Source: a virus (Duplodnaviria; Caudoviricetes). Taken from it: a DNA stretch of 45,466 bases. Both the position numbers and the translations under genes were made by a program. The stretch lies in IMG/VR virus record IMGVR_UViG_3300024998_000191, positions 1-45,466 of that record. One strand, written 5' to 3'. The notes under the pieces are model-generated. The model had not been told where the DNA came from, ran no database searches, and was given only the letters and a program-made list of their open reading frames with translations. The number at the start of each line of letters is the position of its first letter. The first letter of the stretch is position 1. This document shows, piece by piece, positions 1 to 9,531 of the stretch.

Positions 1-1677
1 CTAAACTGCGTCTGTGGTGATGGTGAAGCTGTCGACGTGAATCCCGGTCGTGGTGGTCGATCCGTTGCCGATAAGCCCGCACGCGCCGAGACTGGAATTG
101 TAAGTGGCGTCGGTTGCCGCAATTCTTTCAACGCCGTCAATCACTGCGCGAATGGTAGAGCCGCGCATGTCGAGGTAGGCGGTGCGTGTGTTGCCGCTCG
201 TGAGGGTACTGTCAACATAGCTTCCCAGAGTTGCCGCACCGGAACCGGAGGCGCTGGAACCGTCAAAGCGTATCAGTGACCATGTTTTCGTGCCGGATGA
301 GAACCGCAATTCGTACCCGGTCATGGATGAATATCCAATTGCCCGCCCGCGAAGGCTCAGTGCCTGCGAAGAGAATGGCAGGAATGTCAAATGCGCGCCG
401 ACCGCATAGTCGTTAATCCCGGCCGGTTGAACTGGCGCATCAATCGCACGCGCCGTGCTCTGGAAGAAGATGCGCCCATTTTGCGCGACGACGCCGCTTC
501 CGGAGCGATATGCCCAGTCAAGCGTTGAAACATCGGCTCCATCTGCAAGAGACGCGAAGCTGTCATTAAGGATGCTACCCGTGGTTAGTCCACAGGCGGC
601 CCTTCCCATGGCAAGCCCCAGGCTGCTGGCCCCCTGGTGGATGTAGTGCAATCCGTCGTCAAAGCCCACAATGGTATCCACATAATGAACATTCGTAAGG
701 TCGTTGGCGACATTGCGTTGTGCCGTAGAAACATCCAGCCCGCTCCCGCTTCCTGCATAGGCTGGAACCATGCTTCCTATCACAAACGGAACCGCGGTAG
801 AGTTACCCGTAATTCGTGTGCGCCAGCCATTCACGAGGGCGGTCAAACCATCATAGTACTGCGTTTCCGTTGCTGGCGTTCCACCGCCTGCATCGTTTTC
901 GCCTTGAATCCAGTGCATCGAGTGAATGACGGCCGATGGGTATGCCGACATGAAGGCGTTTACCTGGTTTACTGCCGCAATGTTCAGATTCCCGGTTGGC
1001 TCAATCCATTGTGGCGCACCTGTCGTCCCAGAACCGTTCGTCGTGACCAGCGTTGTCGAACCCCACCCGACGGGAATGATGACGATGATGTCGTCGGGAT
1101 GCTGTGCTGCCACTACTCGGGCAATGTGTTCCGCCGGACTATGATAGTTGGATGCGATCGCATTCTCGGGGAAGTAAAGTGGCAGGACGTTATCCCGCAA
1201 AGTTCGGTATGTTCCAGTGTCGCTCGATATGTCCGGATATTGCTTGATATTCGGCAACGCGGCCAGCTCGGAAGAATCGCGCGACGTATATGCGTATCGT
1301 CCGACACTGTTGGATTGTCCCGCCATTAGAATAACCTGATAGGTCGGAGGCGCAGGAATATCTACCGTATCACTCTGCGCTGTTGAGGACACCGGCACGC
1401 TTGCGGTCACCTTACATGAGATCGCTGTTTCAGCATCAGCCGTCACGAGCGTATACGTGCTGCTGGTCGCTCCACTGATCGCCACGCCGTCCCGATACCA
1501 CTGGTAGGCATAGGTGATGCTCGCGCCTGTCCATGTTCCCTGAGAACAGGTCAGCGTCTGGCCAACTTCGGCGGTGCCGGTGATCGCCGGGGGGACGGTG
1601 TTGACCGGGCCACCTGTGCCACTCACGGCGGATGCGTGACCGGCGAACGGGCCTGAATGACCAGAGAATGCGGGCAT
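1..1677 (-). CDS. SGNH/SASA-type (sialate O-acetylesterase-like) carbohydrate esterase with N-terminal Ig-like domain and C-terminal beta-sandwich (lectin-like) domain
   Basis: Motifs [20 protein letters not shown] and DDGLHY. N-terminal [15 protein letters not shown]...YQWYRDG...GATSSTYTL is an Ig-like repeat. No signal peptide. Confidence 0.85.
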   Translation of the reverse strand: MPAFSGHSGPFAGHASAVSGTGGPVNTVPPAITGTAEVGQTLTCSQGTWTGASITYAYQWYRDGVAISGATSSTYTLVTADAETAISCKVTASVPVSSTAQSDTVDIPAPPTYQVILMAGQSNSVGRYAYTSRDSSELAALPNIKQYPDISSDTGTYRTLRDNVLPLYFPENAIASNYHSPAEHIARVVAAQHPDDIIVIIPVGWGSTTLVTTNGSGTTGAPQWIEPTGNLNIAAVNQVNAFMSAYPSAVIHSMHWIQGENDAGGGTPATETQYYDGLTALVNGWRTRITGNSTAVPFVIGSMVPAYAGSGSGLDVSTAQRNVANDLTNVHYVDTIVGFDDGLHYIHQGASSLGLAMGRAACGLTTGSILNDSFASLADGADVSTLDWAYRSGSGVVAQNGRIFFQSTARAIDAPVQPAGINDYAVGAHLTFLPFSSQALSLRGRAIGYSSMTGYELRFSSGTKTWSLIRFDGSSASGSGAATLGSYVDSTLTSGNTRTAYLDMRGSTIRAVIDGVERIAATDATYNSSLGACGLIGNGSTTTTGIHVDSFTITTDAV

Positions 1678-1693
1678 GGGCAGATTCCTTCGA

Positions 1694-2014
1694 TTATTGT
1701 TGCTTGGCGCCGAGCGTGCGCAGTCCGTCGCGGTCAGTTTTGTAGTCTGCGATCAGTCGCCGGATGGCCGAGCAACCGGGTGTCGGCTCCTGACGGTCAC
1801 AGGCGGTCTGTGAGAGGGCGTCCAGCTCGGCGGCGGCGCGGGTCTGGAACGCCGGGGAATAGGCGTAGAGGGGCGGCTGAGGCCGCTGTGAGGCTGTCAC
1901 TACGGGCGGATCAGAACTCGCCGTGACGCAGGCTGTCAGCAGCAGCGTCGGGAGACACAGGCTCAACGCTATCGAGCGCAGCCCGGTCGGTATTCTCCTG
2001 TTTGACATGCTCAA
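1694..2014 (-). CDS. Outer-membrane spanin (Rz1-like lipoprotein)
   Basis: Lipobox LLLTAC, Pro-rich mature part, overlaps the upstream Rz-like ORF in another frame, lies in the lysis cassette. Confidence 0.7.
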   Translation of the reverse strand: MSMSNRRIPTGLRSIALSLCLPTLLLTACVTASSDPPVVTASQRPQPPLYAYSPAFQTRAAAELDALSQTACDRQEPTPGCSAIRRLIADYKTDRDGLRTLGAKQQ

Positions 2015-2126
2015 GCTCGTTCTGCGCCCGGCCGAGCGCGATATCGTCGTTGCGGGTCTGGGTATCGCCCCCGCCTAAGAGGCGGGAGACGACCCAATTC
2101 AGGATGAGGCCAAGGATGGCCTTCAT
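1911..2126 (-). CDS. Inner-membrane spanin (Rz-like)
   Basis: N-terminal hydrophobic helix plus short coiled coil; overlaps the lipoprotein ORF. Confidence 0.6.
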   Translation of the reverse strand: MKAILGLILNWVVSRLLGGGDTQTRNDDIALGRAQNELEHVKQENTDRAALDSVEPVSPDAAADSLRHGEF

Positions 2127-2503
2127 TGCGCTTCGGCCTTGACGATGGCCTCGACGGTCGTGCCCTGAGCCACAGCGTCGGCCTTGGCGTGACCTTGGAA
2201 GATCGTGGCCAGCAGGTTGATCGCGGTGGACGACAGATCCTTGCCGATCTCCGGCAGCATCGCCTTAACTGCGTCGTAGGCTACGTCCAGCCAGGCTTCG
2301 GGCTTCAGGCCTGACGCCGCGGCGGTCTTGATGGCGTCGAAGGCGGCAGAGGCCAGCTTTTTGACCTCTTCCTCGGTCAGCGCCTTGATCTCCGGCACTA
2401 CGGGATCGAGAAGCGATTCAACGTATGGCTCCGCGCTGTTCTTGAAGAAGTCGACGATCTTGTCGACCAGCTTGCCGAAAAAGGTTTGATGAAATCCGGT
2501 CAT
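2123..2503 (-). CDS. Lysis-module protein, amphipathic helical (possible holin/accessory)
   Basis: ORF between endolysin and spanins, with an ATGA overlap with the next gene. Confidence 0.5.
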   Translation of the reverse strand: MTGFHQTFFGKLVDKIVDFFKNSAEPYVESLLDPVVPEIKALTEEEVKKLASAAFDAIKTAAASGLKPEAWLDVAYDAVKAMLPEIGKDLSSTAINLLATIFQGHAKADAVAQGTTVEAIVKAEAQ

Positions 2504-2524
2504 GGTTGGGTCTTTCTCTGGAGG

Positions 2525-2686
2525 TTAAAGTCGCCCGTTGCGCAGTGCATCGAGCAGTTCTGAGATGTTTTCAGTCCTTGGATCTGAAATTTTGCGAGGC
2601 GGCGGTTCTTCCTCCTCCCCGCAAAACAGGAATTCCGCCACCAATCCGGGGATGGCGGCGATAGAAGCGGCGATGCGTCTGAACAT
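2525..2686 (-). CDS. Small hypothetical protein (53 aa, MFRRIAASIAAIPGLVAEFLFC...), not in ORF track
   Basis: ATG immediately follows the endolysin TGA; open to TAA at 2525-2527; fills the gap in the operon. Confidence 0.55.
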   Translation of the reverse strand: MFRRIAASIAAIPGLVAEFLFCGEEEEPPPRKISDPRTENISELLDALRNGRL

Positions 2687-3154
2687 TCAGGGGTAAACGG
2701 AGCGCGGAAGCTCGAAATGGTCGCCGTCGATCAGCGGCTTTTTGATGCCTCGCGCGCGCTGGCGCTTTTTGTAGGCGGTGATCTCGGCTTCAAGGTCGTC
2801 GGACAGCTCGGAAAGAGTGCGATCCCAAACCGCGCCCCACACGACAGGAATATGGGTTGCTATGGAGATTTCCCGGAATGCGGAAGCGATCTTTGGGTAG
2901 AAGTCCCAGCTCCAGTCGATCTGCCCCTCAACCCACGCTCCAACGTCCACTGCGTGGCCTGTGAGGTGGCGGGAGCGCATTGTCCTGGACTTGCCTTGCT
3001 CCATCATCTCCTTCTGCTTAGAGACGCTCCGAAGCCCCTCCAGGACGGTAAAATCGACGGGCGTGACATCAATGGCGCGGCGGACGACGAGGCAGAGGTC
3101 AGGGTGGACGCCTGTCAAATGACCAAGCGACTTCTTCGATAGGCAGAACGACAT
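2687..3154 (-). CDS. Endolysin, M15-family peptidase
   Basis: L.GVHPDL...DFTVLEGLRS...SRHLTGHAVD...WG..W...DGDHFEL motifs. Confidence 0.9.
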   Translation of the reverse strand: MSFCLSKKSLGHLTGVHPDLCLVVRRAIDVTPVDFTVLEGLRSVSKQKEMMEQGKSRTMRSRHLTGHAVDVGAWVEGQIDWSWDFYPKIASAFREISIATHIPVVWGAVWDRTLSELSDDLEAEITAYKKRQRARGIKKPLIDGDHFELPRSVYP

Positions 3155-3301
3155 TCAGGGCTTTCTGGGTTTTAGTCGATCGAGAGCGTAACCGTTCAGT
3201 TTCACGTGGGACACGGTCTCCATCGAAGCCAGACGTATCTGTTCGGCGACCTGCTGCATCTGAATTGCGATCTTCTGCATTTCCGACGTGTTCTTAATCA
3301 T
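3155..3301 (-). CDS. Small hypothetical protein (48 aa, MIKNTSEMQKIAIQMQQ...), not in ORF track
   Basis: Overlaps the end of the holin-like gene; its TGA abuts the endolysin ATG. Confidence 0.55.
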   Translation of the reverse strand: MIKNTSEMQKIAIQMQQVAEQIRLASMETVSHVKLNGYALDRLKPRKP

Positions 3302-3569
3302 GATGGCCTATCCGTTCGTTCAGCTTGGTCAGAGCGATGGCATTGTCCGTCATGGCGTCCTTCGATGCGCCCATGGCTGCGATCAACTGCTTGGCCATGT
3401 CGGGCCATGATTTCAGGACAGCCCTCAGTAATATTATATTAAACAAACCGGAAAAACAGAGGCAAAGCATCAGGACGACGATTGCGATATTGTCGTATGA
3501 CCAGATCCGGGAAAGCCCCTCGGATGTCTCATGGGTAATCGTTATAAGATCATCCGGCGGCAGGGACAT
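3294..3569 (-). CDS. Putative holin / single-TM lysis protein
   Basis: One long hydrophobic segment; first gene of the lysis cassette. Confidence 0.55.
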   Translation of the reverse strand: MSLPPDDLITITHETSEGLSRIWSYDNIAIVVLMLCLCFSGLFNIILLRAVLKSWPDMAKQLIAAMGASKDAMTDNAIALTKLNERIGHHD

Positions 3570-3613
3570 GGCATTGAGCCTTTCTGATTGGCCCCGAAAG
3601 GCGGATTACGCAG

Positions 3614-4018
3614 TTATTTGTAGAAGGAGAGGCCCACAGTGCAGGCGCTGTCAGATATAAGGCTGATCGAGGCGAAAGATCCACCAAGGTAGCGGATCGT
3701 CGGGTTGATCTCCGACGCGCTGCCATTGGTCACGTCGGAAGCAGGGACCGATGCGGTCCCATTGAACCCTGCGTAGAAGTCGCAACCCTTCGGCGAAAAC
3801 AGGACGTAGTTCGCGAATTTCGTCCGGCCCATGCTGTCGGTGTATGTCGGCACGAGAGCGGACTCCGCTGTGTTGGCGGCAAGGACGCGCGCATTGACAG
3901 TGTCCGACGGGATGATGGCATAGCTGCCGTTCGCCGTTTCTACATGCAGAGCCGTCAGGGCAAAGGCATCAGCGGGAAGGACAGCGAGCATCGCCGCGAA
4001 AATCAGGCGTTTAATCAT
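3614..4018 (-). CDS. Hypothetical protein with Sec signal peptide
   Basis: MIKRLIFAAMLAVLPADAFA-L signal; RBS AAAGGA; beta-rich mature region. Confidence 0.65.
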   Translation of the reverse strand: MIKRLIFAAMLAVLPADAFALTALHVETANGSYAIIPSDTVNARVLAANTAESALVPTYTDSMGRTKFANYVLFSPKGCDFYAGFNGTASVPASDVTNGSASEINPTIRYLGGSFASISLISDSACTVGLSFYK

Positions 4019-4033
4019 GATTGTTCCTTTTCG

Positions 4034-5365
4034 TTAATAGTATTCGTCCACGATAATGATCCCGAATGCGCCGTTCCCGCCGACATACGATCCGCTCGCT
4101 CCGTTACCCCCCGCGCCGATGGCGATTGGGTAGGTGGGATCGGGATTGTTTATCTCGATTTCGGCGTATTCGCCTGCGCTGCCGCCCGCCGCGCCGGATG
4201 ACGTCAGGTTTGTTGCTCCAGCGCCGCCACCACCCGAGCCTGAGTTGGCCGCAGCTGCTGTTCCATTTTGTATTCCTGCGGCCCCTGCGCCTCCGAATGG
4301 AGAGGAACCGCCGTTTCCGCCTGCGACAAAGCCGAAGCCCCCGACTTGTCCGGGTCGTCTTAAAGTGGCGATACCAGTACCCGGAGTTCCGACGGCAGCG
4401 AGTGTAGAGGTTCCTGCGCCTGCCCCGCCCGCCCCGCCCTTGGCGACAATGCCGTTGAAGCTGGTGTTGCCCCCTGCCGTGCCAGTGGCACCCGGAGACG
4501 CGCCGCTACCGCCACCCCCTCCGCCACCACCACCGCCGTTCATCCGCACCTCGATCCGGGTGCAGCCATCCGGCCGGTTGTAGGTCGTCCCGCTGGTGAG
4601 GATCTGCCGCGTCTTCGTCCTGGAGAAGAGAGGCAAACCAGTTGCCCGCTGGAAGATAGGAAACCTCCAGTTTCCAGAGCCGAGGTACTCCGCGAAGGCC
4701 GTGTCACCTGCCTGGGTCTGGATGTCAGTAGAGCCCGGCAGTTGCAGCGCCGTGCTGTTGGTGAGGGTCAGCGACGCGGCGAACTGGATGAAGTAGAGGG
4801 GGGACAGGGTGTTCGCCGAACTGCCGAACGAACTGATCGTCGTGGTCCCCGTGATGTTGACGTTATGGCTACCGATGGTGCCGACATCGCAGGTGGATGC
4901 AGAGGAGATGTCTTGCTTCGTCCCGAACCCACCCACGGTCAAAGCCCCGAAATCCCTTTCGTCAGTGATGAGATCGTTCGTGATGGCCGTTGTGGTCGTA
5001 TCGAGCAGGATCTGCGCGACAGGTGAGTACCCGCTCGTTATGTCCGGAGCTGCGGGAGTGACCGACTCCGACCCTGTGATGACAGATATGACGCCGGTCT
5101 TGTTTTCGAGGACGACGCGATCGATGCGCGGATGAGAGGCGGGCGCGGTGATGGTCCCGGTGTCCTGAGCGGCAACTTCGGTCAGCGTCTTCCCGTCGAA
5201 CAGGTCTCCCGGCTCCACGCGGACCGTCATATTCGGTGTCGTCTGCGCGTGGGGTGCGAAGCGATTGATGAAGCGCTTTCCAACGACGCTGTTGTTGTCG
5301 ATCCCGTTCTTGTACTCGGTCGCCGTCATCGACGTGAAATCGAGAAGCCCATATTCAGCCGTCAT
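4034..5365 (-). CDS. Tail fibre protein with glycine-rich C-terminal domain
   Basis: HPRIDRVV N-terminal fibre motif, Gly-rich C-terminus ending GIIIVDEY; follows the tail tip gene. Confidence 0.8.
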   Translation of the reverse strand: MTAEYGLLDFTSMTATEYKNGIDNNSVVGKRFINRFAPHAQTTPNMTVRVEPGDLFDGKTLTEVAAQDTGTITAPASHPRIDRVVLENKTGVISVITGSESVTPAAPDITSGYSPVAQILLDTTTTAITNDLITDERDFGALTVGGFGTKQDISSASTCDVGTIGSHNVNITGTTTISSFGSSANTLSPLYFIQFAASLTLTNSTALQLPGSTDIQTQAGDTAFAEYLGSGNWRFPIFQRATGLPLFSRTKTRQILTSGTTYNRPDGCTRIEVRMNGGGGGGGGGGSGASPGATGTAGGNTSFNGIVAKGGAGGAGAGTSTLAAVGTPGTGIATLRRPGQVGGFGFVAGGNGGSSPFGGAGAAGIQNGTAAAANSGSGGGGAGATNLTSSGAAGGSAGEYAEIEINNPDPTYPIAIGAGGNGASGSYVGGNGAFGIIIVDEYY

Positions 5366-8233
5366 CTAATACCCTGTCGCTTTCCAGTTTGCAGTTCCGC
5401 CAATGTCTGTCCCCGCCGAATTCCAGATGTGGATCGTGCACCCGGCGGTCGTGATGTCGGCCGCCGTTGCATAGACCGCCGTATCGCTCACCGGTGTCGC
5501 TGTGACCTTCGGGATCTCGTGGAAGGTCTGCGGGAAGGTGATTGCAGTCCCACCCGGTGCGATCGCGACCGACTGCGATTGTTCGATGACCGGGGATCGG
5601 TCGACCGTGTACGTGAAGTCTGTGAGAGCAGCCACCGACCCGGCTTCGGGAGCGTAGGTGATCCGCATCTTGAGGTAGCGAACCGGAATGGTGCCGATCG
5701 TCCACGGCACGTAAACGTCCGGGTCTGACCCGGAAGACCATGCGTCGATCTGAGTTGTTGCTGCAGCGCCGGACGATTCGCCTGGTCCCGCCTGAAACTG
5801 GTTTACCGAGTAGATCCGAAGGCTGTTCTCGTAGCCGATGTCATAAACCGGCGTCGTGTACCATGCCTCGGATACGGGATCGGGGACAAAGGTGTCGAAG
5901 ACGGTCCAGTCAGAGTTCTCATCAGCAAGCGTCGTGCTCTGGGGCACGAGAACGCCCGTCCAGTGCCGGACGAAGTTGTGCAGATCTCCGGCCCATCCCG
6001 GCTCCTGCTTCTGAACGGTCGTCGTGTCATTGTTGTTCAGGACAACAAGGTCGAAGGTCGAGATGTCCGGCGAAAGCTGATCGGCGATATCCCGCGCTCT
6101 GATCCCGAACGTCCATGTCCCCGGGGGAACCGCGGCGTTCGTCATCTCCGTGCCTGATCCGGCCTCGGTGAGCATCGTGAAGTCGCCCCAGTCGGTCGAT
6201 CCCTGTGGCGCGTAGCCAATATCGTAGCCCTTCAGGGCGTAGTCGCTGACCTTCGACCAGGAGAAATTGACCGAGTTCCCGTTCTGCTTGACAACGAAGT
6301 TTCTGACGTTACCAGGTACAGGCGGCCCCTGAACGACGTAGGTGTAAGGGTCGATGTCGGCCAAGGACTGCTTGCCACCACCAACGGTGTTGAAGGAGGC
6401 GAGCTTCACGTAGATCGTTTGGCCGATCTGATCCTTGTCGTAGGAGTAGACGAACTTGGAGTCGTCCATCCTTGCGAAGCTGGCGCCAAGGGCGTGTGAG
6501 GCGATCGCGGTTCCGAAAAGCCCGCGCCGGAGATATGTCAGGTCATACTTGCTCGTGGCCGTCAGCGTCGCCGTCTGGTAGGCCACCAGCTCACCATCGA
6601 CATAGCACAGCGTATTGGCGTGATCGGCGTCGTCCTTGGTTCCAGACAGCAGCGTGCCCGCGCTTTCTGTGAGATCGACGCTCAGCGTGCTGAGGGTATC
6701 TGGGTCAGTCGTCGCCGGGATCGCGGATGACAGGATGCCCTGGCGTGACTTCCCGTTGATCGTGCCGACGAACTTGTAGGTGTCCCCATCCGTCGAGATG
6801 TGAATGTCCGCTCCACCCCAGTTCTCTCCGCCGGACACGGCCATCCATACTTCGATGCCGGAGGCGGAGAGTTCGACTGGCGCGTCAAATATGATCGGCT
6901 CGTTCGCATCACCGGGGTCGGCGTTGTAGTCGGCGCTGTATCCCGCCCCGGTCGAGTAGGAGTAAGCGGCGGCGCTACCTGTCCCCGATAGGTATTCCTC
7001 CGCTGTAAAGGTCAGCGTGCGGTCGTCGTTCTCGGTGATATCGATGATCCGCACCCACTGACGATCAAGGTCGAGTCCCGGGTCGGTGAGAGTGACGATA
7101 TCCATCGGGTCGAGCAGGATGTACCGCTCGTCCGTCGTGAACGTGTAGACATTCCTAGCGGACTGCCGCTGAAGCTGAAGCTGGACCGACGTCCGGGCTG
7201 CGCCGGGGTCGGCAAACATGTGGGTAGAGGATGCCGCGCTAGTCCGAAGCCCATATCGGTCGATTGCGGCCTGGTCCTTCGCCTCGACCATGTCCGTCGC
7301 GTAGGAGTTGGATCGATTGTCGTATTCCAACTGGATTGCATTGACGGCGTCGGACGGTCTCTTCCTGGTCAGTTTGACTGGATCATCGTCGATGGCGATG
7401 AAGTCGTCATCTGTCAGGTCGTAAAGCGGTTCAGACGGCGGCGTGTAAGTCTTGCCGTTGCCGGTCAACTCCTCATCCCCGAAAGGAACGAGCGTCAGCA
7501 CGCCTTCGGACCAGACGAATTCGCTGTTCGTGGCGGTCGCGAGATCGGCCAGAATCGATGACGCCGTGGCTTGCTGCGACAGCTCGAACGAAACCAGAAG
7601 CCCGGCGGCGAGCGTGTAGTCCTGATACTGTGTCAGATCTCCAATCCGATCGAGCGGGAAACCCGCGCCGTGGTGTGGGTTCGACAGGAAGTCGGAGACG
7701 ACCTGTGACGGGTCGGCGTCTGCCTTTCCGACGACGGTATCGGCGTACGGTCCCTTCACCTCGTAATTGTAATTCGAGAGGTTCGGGCTGGATCCGAGAT
7801 CGAGAGAGGCGACTGCCGCATAAGCGATGCCGCGGTAGTTCAGCGCCTGGTCTGGATGGACCGACGTCAGATAGCCCCATGCCTCCTGGTCGTACGAACC
7901 GTCGAAGCCGTACTGGTTCCCGTTGACCGAATAGACCGCCTTGTCGACCCAGAAGTTCCCGAATCCGACGATAGGACCTTCACAGAGGCCGAGGCAGACT
8001 GACGCGCTGTAGGTGTAGCTTGTGGAGCTGGCCGACCCGCCGCCCTTTCCTCCGCTGGCGGAGGAGGTGTGAGAGATCGCCTGGAAGTCGCCAAACCAGA
8101 TGAGGTTCGGGGCGATCCTGATCGTCCCGTAGACCAGCGGCACGACCTTGCCATAGCTCGACGTCTGCACAGACAGCCCCGTGTAGGCCGGCTGCTGCTG
8201 CGCCTGCGATTTTGGTTTCCCGAAAAACGACAT
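5366..8233 (-). CDS. Tail tip / host-specificity protein (gpJ/GTA-like, FN3-like domain)
   Basis: VPLVYGT.RIAPNLIW, GLCEGPI, YRGIAY and LRRGLFGT motifs; position after NlpC/P60. Confidence 0.85.
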   Translation of the reverse strand: MSFFGKPKSQAQQQPAYTGLSVQTSSYGKVVPLVYGTIRIAPNLIWFGDFQAISHTSSASGGKGGGSASSTSYTYSASVCLGLCEGPIVGFGNFWVDKAVYSVNGNQYGFDGSYDQEAWGYLTSVHPDQALNYRGIAYAAVASLDLGSSPNLSNYNYEVKGPYADTVVGKADADPSQVVSDFLSNPHHGAGFPLDRIGDLTQYQDYTLAAGLLVSFELSQQATASSILADLATATNSEFVWSEGVLTLVPFGDEELTGNGKTYTPPSEPLYDLTDDDFIAIDDDPVKLTRKRPSDAVNAIQLEYDNRSNSYATDMVEAKDQAAIDRYGLRTSAASSTHMFADPGAARTSVQLQLQRQSARNVYTFTTDERYILLDPMDIVTLTDPGLDLDRQWVRIIDITENDDRTLTFTAEEYLSGTGSAAAYSYSTGAGYSADYNADPGDANEPIIFDAPVELSASGIEVWMAVSGGENWGGADIHISTDGDTYKFVGTINGKSRQGILSSAIPATTDPDTLSTLSVDLTESAGTLLSGTKDDADHANTLCYVDGELVAYQTATLTATSKYDLTYLRRGLFGTAIASHALGASFARMDDSKFVYSYDKDQIGQTIYVKLASFNTVGGGKQSLADIDPYTYVVQGPPVPGNVRNFVVKQNGNSVNFSWSKVSDYALKGYDIGYAPQGSTDWGDFTMLTEAGSGTEMTNAAVPPGTWTFGIRARDIADQLSPDISTFDLVVLNNNDTTTVQKQEPGWAGDLHNFVRHWTGVLVPQSTTLADENSDWTVFDTFVPDPVSEAWYTTPVYDIGYENSLRIYSVNQFQAGPGESSGAAATTQIDAWSSGSDPDVYVPWTIGTIPVRYLKMRITYAPEAGSVAALTDFTYTVDRSPVIEQSQSVAIAPGGTAITFPQTFHEIPKVTATPVSDTAVYATAADITTAGCTIHIWNSAGTDIGGTANWKATGY

Positions 8234-8236
8234 GTC

Positions 8237-8656
8237 TTACCAGAGCGAGAGGAATTTCACCGCACGGCGATCATTCCCCACGAACATCAGCCAGCGCGCG
8301 GAATCGGCGTTCTCTTCGATGACGACCCCGGCCCGGGTGTGGGCATGGATGATGCGCGGCCACTGGCTGACGATCGCGGCGTGGGAGAAGCATCGCCCGA
8401 ACTGCCAGAGAGCGATGTCTCCCGGTTCGGGTGTGTCGACCTCGCGCATGTATCCAAGCAGCCCTTCAAGATACGTTTCGGCGCCGCGGTGGAGGTTGAA
8501 CTGCGGCGAGTAAGGCGGGATGACGATGTCCCTCGGGATGATTCCGACGGCCTGGCCCGTCCGAACGATCAGCATCAGGCAGTCGACACCGGCCCCTTTT
8601 ACGCCTGATCCATGATGGTATCTGGTCCCAATCCATGTCCGCGCCTCGGCAACCAC
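8237..8656 (-). CDS. NlpC/P60 tail-associated peptidase
   Basis: AEARTWIGTRYHH...GVDC...HAAI...IIHA. Confidence 0.9.
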   Translation of the reverse strand: MVAEARTWIGTRYHHGSGVKGAGVDCLMLIVRTGQAVGIIPRDIVIPPYSPQFNLHRGAETYLEGLLGYMREVDTPEPGDIALWQFGRCFSHAAIVSQWPRIIHAHTRAGVVIEENADSARWLMFVGNDRRAVKFLSLW

Positions 8657-8667
8657 GTCATTGCGGA

Positions 8668-9531
8668 TTAGAGCGATGTCTCTGGCTGCGGAATGAATGG
8701 GAAGCCTCTGAAGTTGTCGATGTTCGAGAATTTCGCTGAGCAGGTTGTGCGAAGCTTGTCGCAGCCTGGGTAAATCGTGAATCCGTCTCCGGATGACGGT
8801 GCCGTCGAGAGTGGCGAAGCCAGATTGATCGTCGACGGCGAACCGTGAACGTAAGATTTCACCGTGACGCTTTCACCGCTGTCGAAGGTGAGAACGCCGA
8901 GATCGTAGTAACCGCTGTCCGCGTCGAGCGTGGCGGTGATCTGGGTTTTCGTCGCCGAAATCACGGTCGCTGCCACGGCGTAATCCGCCTTCGAGAGAGC
9001 GCAGCTCGCGTCGAAAAGAGAGTTCATGCAGCCCGGCATGTACAGGTTGCGCGGCATCTGCTGGTTCAGAAGCTCAAGGTGACTGGCGATCTGAAAGGTG
9101 GCCTCAGATCTTCCGGCATCGATCTCGGCAACACGGCCAACGAACATCTTGACCGTCCCTGCCGAGGTATCGCCGTAGGTCGGCATGTAAGCCCGCTCAA
9201 GCGTCAGTTCCGCGCCGTCGAACACGCCGATCCTGCAGGCGGCCAGGAAAGGATTGCCGTTGATCTCCGCCTGGCGCGGGATGACTGAGAACTGGAGCGT
9301 TTCCACCTCCAGCCCGCGCTTCCATGAACAGAGTGCGCCGTCACCCTCCCGCTCAAACAGCGCGCCGGACACGCCCCCGGACTGGTAGATGTAGCCGTTT
9401 GCCGTGATGTTGACGTCCCCGGACGTGTATCGAAGCACCTCCCCTGTAATCAGAGTGAAGGTAAACAGGTCGGCGCTCCAGAACTTCCGGGAGGCAAGGA
9501 GGGCTCTAAGTTCTGGGGTTGAGGTTTTCAT
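8668..9531 (-). CDS. DUF2163/BR0599-family tail hub protein
   Basis: GC...LFD..C and GCDK...TC..KFSN..NFRGFPFIP motifs; start taken at MKTST (ATGA overlap). Confidence 0.85.
   Translation of the reverse strand: MKTSTPELRALLASRKFWSADLFTFTLITGEVLRYTSGDVNITANGYIYQSGGVSGALFEREGDGALCSWKRGLEVETLQFSVIPRQAEINGNPFLAACRIGVFDGAELTLERAYMPTYGDTSAGTVKMFVGRVAEIDAGRSEATFQIASHLELLNQQMPRNLYMPGCMNSLFDASCALSKADYAVAATVISATKTQITATLDADSGYYDLGVLTFDSGESVTVKSYVHGSPSTINLASPLSTAPSSGDGFTIYPGCDKLRTTCSAKFSNIDNFRGFPFIPQPETSL

Noticed and set aside
4034-5365. Diversity-generating retroelement or invertible tail-fibre cassette
   Set aside because: No reverse transcriptase, invertase or template/variable repeat pair was seen.
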